A DNA stretch of 63,908 nucleotides, filler included, from Octopus bimaculoides (GCF_001194135.2; 6 parts of 4 records of this genome joined end to end with filler, not necessarily neighbours in it); one strand, 5' to 3'. Counted from the whole stretch's first letter, positions 25,055 to 37,480 are shown. Notes: generated by a model from the letters alone, not told the origin. Translations and numbers: made by a program.

Positions 25055-26475
25055 TCAATTCTTCATTTTCTTCAAAATTAGTGCTTGGTGGCACTTTTTT
25101 GACTCTACATTCCAAGTTCAAATCCCACCAAGGTCCTCTTTGCCTTTTATCCTTACAGGATTAATAAAATAAAATACCAATCAAAACTGCCTTTCCCCCT
25201 AGAAAATTGCTGACCTGGTGCCAAAACTCTAAAGAAATATTTTCAAAATTAATTGAAACAAAAGCAGTGTATTTCAACAGAAATATGGTCACAAAAAGGT
25301 CAAATAGAGCAAATCTAGAGAATGGTTGGGATATTATAACTCTTAATGAAAATTCATCTCAATAATCTAAATCAGAATAGCATCTTTCATGGCATTAATT
25401 CACTAATTTGTAGCTAAATATCAGCAAGTTTGAGAATATAATATTTTTTTTTTTTTTGATGAAACATCTGAATTGTGAATGCCCCATTTGATGTTTACTT
25501 TCTATTGTAAATATCTGCTTATAAATCTGCTGTATTACATATAAATGTTTAAATTTAATGTCCATCCAAAGGATAAATTTAAATGTTAAAATACAACACC
25601 CGAAAGCAACATGATAATATAAATGTCAATGCTTGTAGAAAATTGAAATCAAAACTAGGGCTTATAGTGTGTAAAACTCAAAGCTATATTGGCAATAATG
25701 CATCCCGTGTGCATATGAAACTTTGTGGAGCTGAGTCAACATGTTATTAAATACTTACTACTCCATGTTGAGTGCTACTATCTTATTTGTCTACTTGTGT
25801 CTGTGTTATAATAATTAAACCTGATATATGTTGCTGTTGCTTTGAGAAATTCTAAGTTGATCAAATTAATAGGTGGTCACAGTACTTGCCAGAAGATATT
25901 CACTAGTAGATGCTTATCGCTCACTAGCCCTGTCCAGGAAGCTGTGAAAATAAAAAAGGTATAACTTGCCACTATGTGATGTGGGAGCATTGTTTAATTG
26001 ACAGGTGTTTTCTTTTAATAATCAAGTAAAATAGTGCAGTGTATGTAATTAAGAGGTAGGTAGGTTTTACTTCTACTGATTTGCTGTAAATGCAATGTAA
26101 GAATTCACTGCCATTGGTCACTGGATTGTAGAACATTGTTACATTGTTGTTATAAGTTTTAACCCTTTGCCTGTCCTGTGTAGCACAGTTGTTTACAGGG
26201 AACAATTTCCCTAGTGTCCACACACATTCCAAATTTTTGTCAACCACCAGAGTAAATTTGGATTTATGAAAGGAAAGATTTGTATTACTCAGACTGTATG
26301 AAACAAGGAGAGCAAACTAGTGAAGATGCTCTGGACAGGCAAAAAGTGAAAGCTTTGTTTATTTAACAATGACAGATGCGTTCTTTTCAGTGTGTGTCTA
26401 TGGTGTATGAGTGTATGTGAATGTGTGTGCAATTTTTTTACTCTAGATAATTCTTTCTATTGTTTCATATTGCAG

Positions 26476-26609
26476 GATGTGTTCAGCATCAAAAACGACA
26501 TCAGCTCACTACGTCTAGATGAAGAGCTGCCTTTGTACGAGTCTCAAAATACCGACAGTTTGGGTGACCTTTACATTGGATTCCTCAAATATTATGCTCT
26601 TGACTTTGA
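26476..26609 (+). CDS. GLD2: GLD-2/TENT2-like exon (start of PAP-associated domain)
   Basis: TTGCAG acceptor, GTAAG donor, 134 nt, phase 0-2. ...ESQNTDSLGDLYIGFLKYYALDF matches SKNESNLGDLLLGFLKYYATEF. Confidence 0.95.
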
Positions 26610-26997
26610 GTAAGCTAACATTTTAATCATCAAATGAATTGGCTTGTATTTTTGTTGTAAATAGTTCACTTTGGTTACACATTTTTGGAGAAAGACAATA
26701 TCACATAATCTTTGTTTTTCTGTTCTTTAAGCTTGAAGATGTAATTAGTGAGGTGTTCTACATAAAGTGGTGGGAAAATTTGCATGATTAGTTCTGACCT
26801 CAGCCCCTTATTCTGAAAGACTTGTCTTTAATCAGTTCTAAACCGATCATTGTCTTTTCAATGCTTACATGAGTTAGACAGAATTGTTGAGGCAGATTTA
26901 CTATGCTTGGATGCCTTTCCTGTTGCCATCCCTCACCTGTGTCCAAGCAAGGTAATATTTCCCTATGGCTTGACAGGTTTTCAGAATATTAGAAACT

Positions 26998-27580
26998 AAC
27001 TGGTAAACCCAGTAATTCCCGGGGGTAAAGATGTTCTCAGTAACTATTTAAATGCCTGATTACTCTGATATAAAAGAAACAATTTTGTTATAACTGCCAC
27101 AGAAGGTGTATTTTCCACTGAAAATGTACAAAAGACTGTCAGCTGGAAGAGGGAGAGATTGTCAGAGGTTGGCGAGAGAGATTGTCAGAGGATTGAAAAA
27201 TTCGTTTTTATGTGGCTTTTTTTGTCCTCTCTTTACAGCCTAAGTAAAATATTTTTCCTTAATAGTCATCCTCGTAACATTTTCCACCTGTATCTCAAAT
27301 TTGAAGCGAATTGGTGGAGAAATGCAAAAGTTATTGCAAAAAAAAATATCTTCCTTCTGGAAATCCTCATTCAAAACTCCTATTAATTTTTTCAGTTGGC
27401 CACTGATTTGTAATTATCGATTTTTTTTTCAACAATCTGAGTATACTATGAAGCTTCCAGACATGAGTTCTACTCATGTGTCAAGTTTCATCAAAACCAG
27501 TAAAATGTTGTAGGAGTTAGCTAACAACTCCGCAAACAAACACACCTACAGACAGAATTTTCCACATATGTAGTATATGA
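26998..27580 (+). mobile_element. Possible non-autonomous Helitron-like element inserted in an RTE-type tail repeat
   Basis: Starts AACTGGTAAACCC. Contains AAGTTTCATCAAAACC..GGAGTTAG..CAAACA..CAGACAG near the 3' end, a motif typical of such elements. Flanks continue one repeat. Confidence 0.35.
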
Positions 27581-28309
27581 ATGACACTGCTTGTATGACA
27601 GTGACACATATTCACAACTATTATGCAATGTTAAGACAAAGAGATACAAACATACGCATACTTATATGCACACACACATACTCTGTTAGTTTCCGTCTGC
27701 CAAACCCACTCACAAGACTTCAAAATATTTTTTGAAAGAAAGGCAGTATATTTCAACAGAAATATGGTAACAATGATTAAAGAATGTTTCAAATGTGACA
27801 TTCCCATTCTAATATATCACCTGGTTTAATACCACCACCAGACCTTGAACGCCTTTGCAGTGTCCACTTTGTTGAAAACATTTGGGCCATGCATCCAACC
27901 TGTGGTTAAATAGCTCAGTATATCAATACACTGCTTTTTCCCCATTTTCCACTTTTGTGTTCCCCAACCAATCACAAAAATCCGGTAAAAGTCAAAAACA
28001 CCACCCTCCTACTTTTGACTATGCCATAACAAAAAAAAAGTTGACTTCTGTTTTCCAAATATATATAGGGCTACATTAAATTAACCAATAATGCTTTCCC
28101 CTCTCCGTTTTTTAAATTAATAGTAAAGTACATATTTGGTTGTTTTCTAGCAGGTTTATGCAATAATGACTCATTAGCAGAGTACATATCAATCCCAGTG
28201 TTATTGCATCTGGACAAGATTTTCATTTATATGCCAAAGCTCAGAGTCATAGGGAATTGACTTCAAGGTTAATGGGATGAAAATTTCTAGATATTATAGG
28301 AAGATCTAA

Positions 28310-28820
28310 AGTGATGAGCTGGCACAATTGTTGGCATCCCAGACAGAATACTATGTAGCATTTCTTCTGGCTTTACATTCTGAGTTGAAATACCACCAAT
28401 GTTGACTTTGCCATTCATCCTTTCTCATCATCATCATCATTTAACGTCCGCTTTCCATGCTAGCATGGGTTGGACGATTTGACTGAGGACTGGTGAAACT
28501 GGATGGCAACACCAGGCTCCAATCTGATTTGGCAGAGTTTCTACAACTGGATGCCCTTCCTAACGCCAACCACTCCGAGAGTATAGTGGGTGCTTTTACG
28601 TGCCACCGGCACGAAGGCCAGTCAGGTGGTACTGGCAATGGCCACGCTCAAAATGGTGTACAGCGGCACTGGTACAATCTCACTCGAATGTCTTTACACA
28701 TGCCACCGGCACAAGTGCCAGGAAGGTGACGCTGGGTACAGGTGCCATCACGATTTCTTTCTGGGTCGATAAAATAAGTACCAGTTGAGCCCCTCCTTCA
28801 AAATATTGGGTTGGTGTTTA
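28310..28820 (+). mobile_element. SINE family B split by a minus-strand RTE-type tail repeat (about 28425-28755)
   Basis: TTCATCCTTTC|insert|TCTTTCTGGGTCGATAAA, giving an approximate CCTTTC/TCTTTC target duplication. Confidence 0.75.
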
Positions 28821-29032
28821 AAGTAAGAAGAATTGTCTGGAAGATCTTTCAAAGCTGAAAATTAAGCACCGACTCCATGAACTGTAATACTTGTGAAATA
28901 TTTAAAATTCAACATGCAACCCCACTCATTTATTCAAAGCTTTAACGATGTGATCAGCTTGATAATAAAAATGAGTCTTTTCATTTCATGTCGATTTTAA
29001 TTTGACTTTTTTTTTTTAATTTCTTCTCACAG

Positions 29033-29139
29033 TTTCAAAAGCTGTGCTATATCTGTGCGCACAGGGACCAAATTACCAGTGGAGGAAGTAAAGTTAAAAG
29101 TTGACACACCTCAACAATGGAAATACCTTAGTATTGAAG
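29033..29139 (+). CDS. GLD2: GLD-2/TENT2-like exon
   Basis: CTCACAG acceptor, GTAAA donor, 107 nt, phase 2-1. (D)FKSCAISVRTG...WKYLSIE matches ISVR...KYICVE. Confidence 0.93.
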
Positions 29140-29174
29140 GTAAATTTTCTTCTTACAGTTAAGACTCTGAAGCT

Positions 29175-29635
29175 TGTTTACAATTAACCCTTTTGATACC
29201 ATCTTACTTGAAAGCACCCCTGATTGCACAATACAAACTTCCTGTTTTACAATGATTTCATTACAACCTTCCATCAACATTACTTGTTAATTTGTGTTCC
29301 AAACATGTCCATCATCGTTTAACGTCCACTTTCCATGCCAGCATGGGTTGGATGATTTGACTGAGGACTGGTGAACCAGATGGCTACACCAGGCTCCAAT
29401 CTGATTTGGCAGAGTTTCTACAGCTGGATGCCCTTCCTAACGCCAACCACTCCAAGAGTGTAGTGGGTGCTTTTACGTGCCACCGGCACGAAGGCCAGTC
29501 AGGTGGTACTGGCAACGGCCACGCTCAAAATGGTGTACTTTACGTGCCACCTGCATTCTTTATTATTCTGAAAGTTAATTGAAGCCAAGACAGTGTGTTT
29601 CAGCTGAAACATGGTAACAAAGGGGATAAAACCGA
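29175..29635. mobile_element. piggyBac-type MITE family 2 interrupted by a minus-strand RTE-type tail repeat (about 29310-29553)
   Basis: TTAACCCTTTTGATAC start and GGTAACAAAGGG end, with CATCATCGTTTAACGTCC...GTGCCACCTGCA inserted between. Confidence 0.65.
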
Positions 29636-30182
29636 TTGTTTAATGAGTAATGATTTCTGCAGGGAAAATCAGTCATGAAGTGTAACAAAGAAAAGGAAAC
29701 TAGGTATTACTGCTGGATATTGTTAACAGCCTGTACATCCAACCAGCCATATCAATAGACAAAATTTGTCAATGCCAACATAAAAATAAAATAAATAAAA
29801 AATAAACATTCACTGGTGTTACAAATAGTCCTCTGGTTGAAGAAAAAAACCCATTATAATGAACAGAAGTATTATTAGATTAAAATAGCCTTCTGTGTAT
29901 CACCCTTAATGTAAATACATTGTGAAAGACATTTACTGCAGACATTTGCCACTTATGTTCTTGCTAGACACTGCTGTTTTGAAGCAGTACGTCCATAAGA
30001 GATATTATCTCCAGGTGAGTACCCCTGTAAATTTGCCTTCCTCAAGGTATTTACATTAAGTATGATACTTGGATGGCTATTTTAATCTAATACTGCTTCT
30101 GTTCCATATAATAGTTGTGTGTACATGCACAAATGCACTGATTTTTTTTTTCATTTCTTTTTTTTTTTTTTTTTCTTTCTAG

Positions 30183-30322
30183 AACCCTTTGACCTTTCTA
30201 ACACAGCTCGAGCGGTATTTGATGCAGACACTTTCAGTAGGATTCGCCGAGTTTTTCTAACCAGCTACAGAAGGTTGAGTAAAAAACGAGAAGTAACTGA
30301 CATACTTTGCAGGCAATTTTGA
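30183..30322 (+). CDS. GLD2: GLD-2/TENT2-like terminal coding exon
   Basis: Poly-T CTAG acceptor, phase 1. (E)PFDLSNTARAVFDADTFSRIRRVFLTSYRRLSKKREVTDILCRQF* matches EEPFDGTNTARAV...FLKSWHRLKNKRDLNSIL. Confidence 0.95.
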
Positions 30323-30982
30323 CGACAGAACTCTTTTTTCNNNNNNNNNNNNNNNNNNNNNNNNNNNNNNNNNNNNNNNNNNNNNNNNNNNNNNNNNNNN
30401 NNNNNNNNNNNNNNNNNNNNNNNNNNNNNNNNNNNNNNNNNNNNNNNNNNNNNNNNNNNNNNNNNNNNNNNNNNNNNNNNNNNNNNNNNNNNNNNNNNNN
30501 NNNNNNNTTGCCACTTATGTTCTTGCTAGACACTGCTGTTTTGAAGCAGTACGTCCATAAGAGATATTATCTCCAGGTGAGTACCCCTGTAAATTTGCCT
30601 TCCTCAAGGTATTTACATTAAGTATGATACTTGGATGGCTATTTTAATCTAATACTGCTTCTGTTCCATATAATAGTTGTGTGTACATGCACAAATGCAC
30701 TGATTTTTTTTTTCATATGATAGGTTATTGTGAGGAAAAGAGCTTTTTTTCAAGTTTGAGAGGTTTATTGTACAAGTCTATACCATATATTGTTATACTG
30801 CCAATGTACACATTGAGAAGAAAGAAAAGAGATAAAGCTAAAAGAATCCAGAAAGGAGACTCTTTCAGTTGCTGTTTAGTCAAAACTGCTCATTTAACAA
30901 AAAAAGGACATTTTTGTTGATTTTTTTTTCCTCTCTTCAGTTTTTTTATTTTTATTATTAAAATATATTTAAAAAGAAGCTC

Positions 30983-31039
30983 AATAAATATTTAAATATT
31001 TTTTTTACACTGTTTTTCTTTCTCTCACTGAAGAATAAA
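30983..31039 (+). promoter_or_regulatory. Candidate polyadenylation signals of the GLD2-like gene
   Basis: AATAAA at 30983-30988 and 31034-31039 with T-rich flanks. Position across a gap is uncertain and the motif is common in AT-rich DNA. Confidence 0.35.
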
Positions 31040-31189
31040 GTTGGTTAACTTGAGAGGCTTTTAAGTTAAATGCTCCAAACAAGGTTTGGTGATTGGTGAA
31101 GCTCATTATGGAGTACTTGCGCACAATCTAAATTTGTGAACTTGTCCAATATATACCATCTTATATATCAATGTAAAACAAATCTTGCA

Positions 31190-31660
31190 AACCCCTCATC
31201 CTACTTCTTTATAGTAGCTATAAATGATAGATAGTCCTTACAATCATTGGTCTCTGCTGGCAATTTCACATTCATGCCACAGTTATAACTGCATCCCAAA
31301 GATTAGATTTCCTTCTTCCATGCAAGATGATATTTCTCAAGTGATACTCACAATGAAGTACTGCTTCTATACCGGGAACAGCTACACCTACAAACATCCT
31401 TAGACCACATCAAAAAAGAAAACCAGACTGATTGGTAACATATTCAATATTAAACTTCAACCTTTGACAAGGACATGCAACTTCCTTGTGTTTACTCATG
31501 CTGCTGATACTACAATTAATTCTGTTTCTCAGAATTAAGTTACCTATCACCACCATCAAAACCCACTTGTCTCTAGTCACTCATATTGTAATTCTCCTCT
31601 CTGCACTAACCAAGTCCCCTCCCATTTCCTTCCAGAGCAGCCTTCTGATATTCTCTCTCT
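31190..31660 (+). mobile_element. Possible Penelope-like RT thumb/linker fossil
   Basis: Weak peptide resemblance (LQTSLDHI, KKENQT) to the Penelope region between RT and GIY-YIG. Heavily decayed. Confidence 0.3.
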
Positions 31661-31871
31661 ACTCATGTTTTTTTTTCAGTATCAGGCCTTATGAGATATA
31701 GCTCTTCCTAAACTGATCAACACTACCACTAAAATATTCATTTAACACAGTGTATAATACTGTGTATACTAAAACGAACAAACCATAAAAATATCCTTTA
31801 AGAAAATTCTAATAATACAATGGAAAATAAATTGATCGCAAATTTTAACAATAAAAAGATTGTTTATTTAA

Positions 31872-32096
31872 CCCTCTAGCATTCAGATTACTCTGTTAAA
31901 TACAATGCTTATTTATTCACATTGTTTTGGATTAATCATCTATTATCTTGTAGCCTTGAGATTTTGATGATATGATTGTATATTTTTAGAATGACATTTC
32001 AGGGTAAGTGTGATAGGCAGTATCTGGCCAGTTTGAACATAAAACAAGTAAAATGTTTTGGCCAGATATGGCTGGTTTATATACTATACTAAAGAG
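31872..32096. mobile_element. piggyBac-type MITE, family 1
   Basis: TTAA|CCCTCTAGCATT...CTAAAGAG|TTAA, opposite orientation to the 721-934 copy. Confidence 0.75.
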
Positions 32097-33095
32097 TTAA
32101 TCATGATATACATGCCATATGAAAGAAAGTCACAAAGGACCAAGTGTTGCCAGTTACACATACCTGCTCCACCTCATGAGAAGTAAAGTTGATTTTGCTG
32201 GTGTTAGAAGTCAATACATAGGATATAAATGTGACACTTGGCCTGTACTTTGTTGTTCCATAAATCTAATTTCTTTGGCACTAGGCCATGAAGTTGGTAG
32301 GAAGACAGACAATTGAATCAAACCAAGTATATTATTGGTGCTAATTTCNNNNNNNNNNGAAAACATAACTAAATTCCATAAGACATTTAGTCTGACCATT
32401 TCACTTTCTTCCTTTTAAAATTACAATTTCAGGTATTCATTATCCAAAGAACTAACTGCTTTACAGCTTGTGCTTGTGAATACAAGGCACAAGACCACAC
32501 ATTTTGGTGGAAGGAACACTTAAATTTACTCCAGTATATTACTGGCTATATATTTGACTTTGCATAATCCTAACACAAATAAAATTGTTTTGCTTGCAAT
32601 CAGTTCTGCTTAAGCAGATATTAGTAATGACAGCTGTATGAAGTCCTATTTCTGTGCATGACAAAAACTTTTTTTCAATGTAAAGAAATTGTAAAAATCA
32701 GAGTGAGAACCTTGATTTGCTTACAAAATGAATGCAATTTGTTGTTTTATTTTTCAATTTGGGATGATTGTTAGGTCTGCTTAACTGGGTGTTCCCAGTT
32801 ATTCTTGTAAAAGCAGAAATAATTGTTTTCCAGTCTGTTCTGATGTGTGAGAATATTGATACTGTATATAAAAATATTTTAAAAAAACACTTAGTCTCTT
32901 TGTAAGATAAACTTTTTTAATAAAAATCCAAAAATTTCTTTACAATTAGACTAAATACTGTTGCATTGTGTCAGTCATTTTTCAAATTGGTTCATATTTT
33001 TATTCTAGAAGGTTTTTTTTTTAAAATATCTTTTTAATGACTAGGGCAATGACACTGACCGTCTTTTAAAGTTTTTCTGATGGAAAGAAGTACAT

Positions 33096-33165
33096 TATAG
33101 ATGTTTTCGATCCAGTTTGGATTCTTTGATGGCAAAGAATCCAAACTAGATCGAAAACATCTATA
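33096..33165. repeat. Near-perfect 33 bp inverted repeat with 4 nt loop
   Basis: TATAGATGTTTTCGATCCAGTTTGGATTCTTTG-ATGG-CAAAGAATCCAAACTAGATCGAAAACATCTATA, one mismatch. Confidence 0.95.
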
Positions 33166-33369
33166 TATTCATACAGAAGACTTGTTCTGAATGTTTGCAA
33201 CAATGGAATTTGCTAAAAATACATATGGTTATAATATGGAGAAAATGGATTCTGCCAAGCTAACTTTTACAAAATTACATGATTGTTGTTTTGATTGGAT
33301 GTGTCTTGATTCAGACTATGATTAAAAGCATTCTGACTATAAACTTTTTTTTTTTTTAGACTAATGACA

Positions 33370-33705
33370 ACAAAGGCATGACTGTGTAATAAGGAGCTTG
33401 CTTCCCAACAACATGGTTCTGGGTTCAGTCCCACTGCATGGCACCTTGAGCAAGTGTCTTCTACTATAGCTTTGGGCTGACCAAATCCTTGTGACTAGAT
33501 TTGGTAAACAGAAACTGAAAGTGTTTTTGTTTGTTTGTTCCCCCACCATCGTTTGACAACCAATTGTGGTATGTTTGTCTCTGTAACTTAAAGGTTTGGC
33601 AAAAGCGATTGATATAAAGTACTTAGGGTTGATTTCTTAGATTAAAAAGGCCCTTTAAGGTAGTGTTCCAGCATGGCTGCAGTCAAATGACAAATAAAAG
33701 AATAT
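33370..33705 (+). mobile_element. tRNA-derived SINE family A
   Basis: GGGTTCAGTCCC B-box-like motif, CCTTGAGCAAGTGTCTT core, family A tail. Confidence 0.7.
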
Positions 33706-34251
33706 TGTTTGGATTACATTATCCAGTGTCCTGTTGTTAAGATGAGAAAGATTTATTTGGCTGCTGTTTCTAGCAGTTTGAGCAACCATGTAGAGACTTC
33801 TTATTGACTCATATTACATAAAATTTCCTATGACTCAATAGGTTTGTAGGGCTTGCCAAACAAAAAGCTTTCGGGCTAAATTGATTTAGAAAGACAATGA
33901 AAAGCTAATGAGGTTTGCTAATTTATTCAAAAAAATAAAATGAGAAACATTCTCCTATGTAATCTATCCATGCATGCAGAGCTGTGATTGATATTTACAC
34001 TCTATTCAGGAGGCTACCACTCCTTATAAAGTTATTCCTACAGAATTTACAGGAAGGGGTGACATAGTATCAGCTTACAATTAACCAAATTACTACATGT
34101 TAATGAATCTTTCCAAGTATCTAGTACTCTTGATATTTTTTCAGTGAATCATAGGAGCCTATTTATTTCAGCTTGATGCTTATCTTCCTAATCTGTGTTT
34201 ATTGAAGCATGGGGATACAACATAGACACTAACACACACACACACACATAT

Positions 34252-34288
<37 letters not shown>

Positions 34289-34433
34289 TGCTGGCATGTT
34301 GAGTAGTTTGGTTTCTGACCTCATTATTTCACTTTGGTAAATGTCTTCTATTATAGACCTAGGTCAACCAAAGCCTTGAGTGGATTTAGCGGACAGAAAC
34401 TGAAAGAAACCTGTTTACATGTCTGTATGTGTG

Positions 34434-34488
<55 letters not shown>

Positions 34489-35634
34489 CAAGAAAGTGGA
34501 CATCTTTTAGTATTATTTATTTTCCATTGCACACGTTTCATTTGCAAACAGGAATTACAAAGATTTACATGTTAGATAGACATTAGAAATTCTTCACACA
34601 GAAAAAAAATTATTTTCATATGTATTTTGACAGCAGCAACCATGACCACATACTGTATTGTAATAATGGAATGAGCTGATATTAACCTGAACTATGCACA
34701 TTTTAAAAATATATTTATATAGATACATCCCTGTAACTTAGTGGTTTGGCAAAAAAGGACTGATAGAATAAGTACTAGGTTTAAAAAATGTCCTGAGGTT
34801 GATTTGTTTGACTGAAACCCTTCAAGGTGGTGCTCCTGCATGGCAACAGTCAAAGGACTGAAACGAGTAAGAGTGTGTCACTATAATGTAAGCAATGTCA
34901 TTTGTTTCCAATCTCCTGTAAGAACGTTCAATCAAGGTGTCATGTAACCTTGCTTGGAAACAGATAAGGGATGACAACGGAAAAAGCATCACTCTTAGAA
35001 AATGAACTATGCAAGCATGGAAAAATAGATATTAAAATAGTTTACATATGTGTGTGTGTGTCTGTTAATCTTCTATACAGTTTTCATGTACCCAGTTCCA
35101 TTCAAGATATTGGTCAACCTGAGGCTATAATAAGAAAAGACCTTTACTCAAAGTGCTGTACTAATGCCAGATCAAATCTGGTGTCATGTAGTTGTGAAGT
35201 AAACTCCTTAACCACAAAGCCACATGTAAATTACACGCATTGACACAATTTTAGTCAGATTAAAATAATGATTTAACACTTAGGATTTTTGCAGGGAATC
35301 GTAGTGAATAAAAATTTTGTGAATTCATTCACATTTCTTGATTAGAATTAATACTGAAAAATAAAGCAAATCATTTTGATAGTAAATGGCAGTATTTGTA
35401 GCAATACTGCTGGACCCAACCAATCATTTTTATGTTGCCTTAACTCTGGGAAACTCTTTCTTCCAGTTGTTTATAGCGAGCACAAAGTTTTGTGTATAGC
35501 TGTTAAAAAGAAAACGGAAAAAGGATTAACTTATATTTTGTGTAAAGTTGGTTGAATAGGGTGAAAAAAAGGGATTAAATATTTGAAATTATCTGCATTT
35601 TATGTCATATATCTGGATGTATAATATTGTTTAA

Positions 35635-35843
35635 CTCAAGCATTTAGATCACTCTGTTGAATGTAATGCTTATTTATTCATTGTTTTGAATTAATCATGC
35701 ATTATCTTACAGCTTTGAGATGATGTGATTGTTTATTTTTAGATGACATTGAAGAGTAGGTGTGAGAGACTGGATCTGATCAGTTTGAATAAAAAACAAG
35801 TAGAATATTTTGGCTGGATATGGCCAGTTTAAATGCTAAAAGA
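35635..35843. mobile_element. piggyBac-type MITE, family 1
   Basis: TTAA-flanked diverged copy with GGCCAGTTTAAATGCTAAA end. Confidence 0.65.
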
Positions 35844-36469
35844 TTAAAGAAGCTTGAAAATGATAAAGATACTAGTTGACAGTAACAAGAGAAATAACAA
35901 TGTGTAGAATTATAGGGAGAAGTGTTTGGAGATGGTTGTATATTAAGTGCAAAATGATAGGACAAGGATGATTGAGTGGATAACTTATAGGGCTGCCAGT
36001 TCATGTGTTGTGTGTTCAAATTTGTCCACAGACTGGTGGGTGGATCATGCACATAACAAAACAAAGTGCATAATATATAATTTAATTATAATATATAAAG
36101 TGGAAAAACACCCTACAGACTGCAATACAATATTGGTCCAGTGGAGGTAACCTTCCATGGTTGTCTACTACTTTTGATAGCTAATTGAACTAAGGTGCAT
36201 ATAGTTAAATATACTCACAACAAAATACTGAATAAAGTCAATTAGAGTGAGTTATTCAATGTCATATCTCTTTGGTCATTTTTGCTTCAATAAAATCATA
36301 CAATGACAAAATTTAGAGAGATAAAATATCTACAAAAAGTATGTAAGACTGGACTTGAGATGAAGTTAATGTTTATTATGGTGAGTTGATTATATTTGTT
36401 TGATGTTAATTTTCAAGAGCTTGAATATATTTTTTGCTTATGAATTCTTCCAAGTGCAAGTTTTCTTTT

Positions 36470-36679
36470 CAGGTACACGACACTGCTTTTCCCCTTCCCA
36501 GGCTACAGGCCCACACCCCCAACACCCATACTGTTAGGATTGGCACTCTCAACGTCGGTACGCTGAAAGGTAGATCTGGTGAAATTGTTGAGATGCTTGA
36601 ACGGAGATGCGTAGATATGTGCTGCATCCAGGAAGTAAGATGGAGAGGAGGTTCTGCAAGGTTCCTCACAGGCAAAGAA
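36470..36679 (+). mobile_element. RTE-clade LINE 5' fragment (AP endonuclease N-terminus), runs into a gap
   Basis: RIGTLNVGTLKGRSGEIVEMLERRCVDMCCIQEVRWRGGSARFLTGKE is the canonical RTE APE start (LNV..L..; IQExRW). Confidence 0.85.
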
Positions 36680-36947
36680 NNNNNNNNNNNNNNNNNNNNN
36701 NNNNNNNNNNNNNNNNNNNNNNNTTAATTAATTAANNNNNNNNNNNNNNNNNNNNNNNNNNNNNNNNNNNNNNNNNNNNGGCATGAGCTAAAAAGGAGGT
36801 ATTGTTGTGAGTCTGTAGGTTTGTGGTAGATGTCGGTTGTGATTTGGTTATTAGGTGTTTTTATGATTAAGAGATCAAGAAAAGGGAGCTCCACGTGCGG
36901 TTAACACAACCCCACTATTTACTGACTTATATATATATATATATATA

Positions 36948-37153
36948 TTGATTCAGATGAATATGGTACTTAAGTTGAGGCACCAGAATTTAGTACAGTA
37001 TTATCCATACAATTTCAAAGTAAGGTGATTAAAATCAAAATAAGCAACAAGAATATCCAGAGGTAATGCAGTACAATCGTTTCATGCAACTCTATTTAAT
37101 TGAACAATGCAATCATTACATCAATTTATACCTCTGGATATCCTTGTTGCTTA
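36948..37153. repeat. Copy of the 45660-45932 hairpin element with most of the right arm deleted
   Basis: Shares GATTCAGATGAATATGGTACTT...CATCAATTTA, then joins directly to TACCTCTGGATATCCTTGTTGCTTA. Confidence 0.85.
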
Positions 37154-37329
37154 TTTTGATATATATATATACTCTTTTACTTGTTTCAGTCATTTGACTG
37201 TGGCCATGCTGGAGTCATGCATAGGAACAATTAATTTTTTTTATAAGAAACAGTTTATGAGAACGTTTTTTTATTTTTTTTTATTTAACAGGCTCTATAT
37301 CGTTATCATTGTTTTGAATACACATTGCA

Positions 37330-37480
37330 ATACGTTTACCCAACTCATTGTGAACTCGTAATAGCACATCTGGTGATGCGTTCCTTCAAATGCTTTATGT
37401 CTTTTATCTTTCCGCAATACACCAGGCCTTTCAAATGCCCCCAAAGATAGAAATCAAGAGGGGTCAGATCAGGAGATCTA
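37330..37480 (-). mobile_element. Tc1/mariner (DUF4817-type) transposase C-terminal fragment
   Basis: PRSPDLTPLDFYLWGHLKGLVYCGKIKDIKHLKERI in ORF 37345-37578. Confidence 0.8.
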
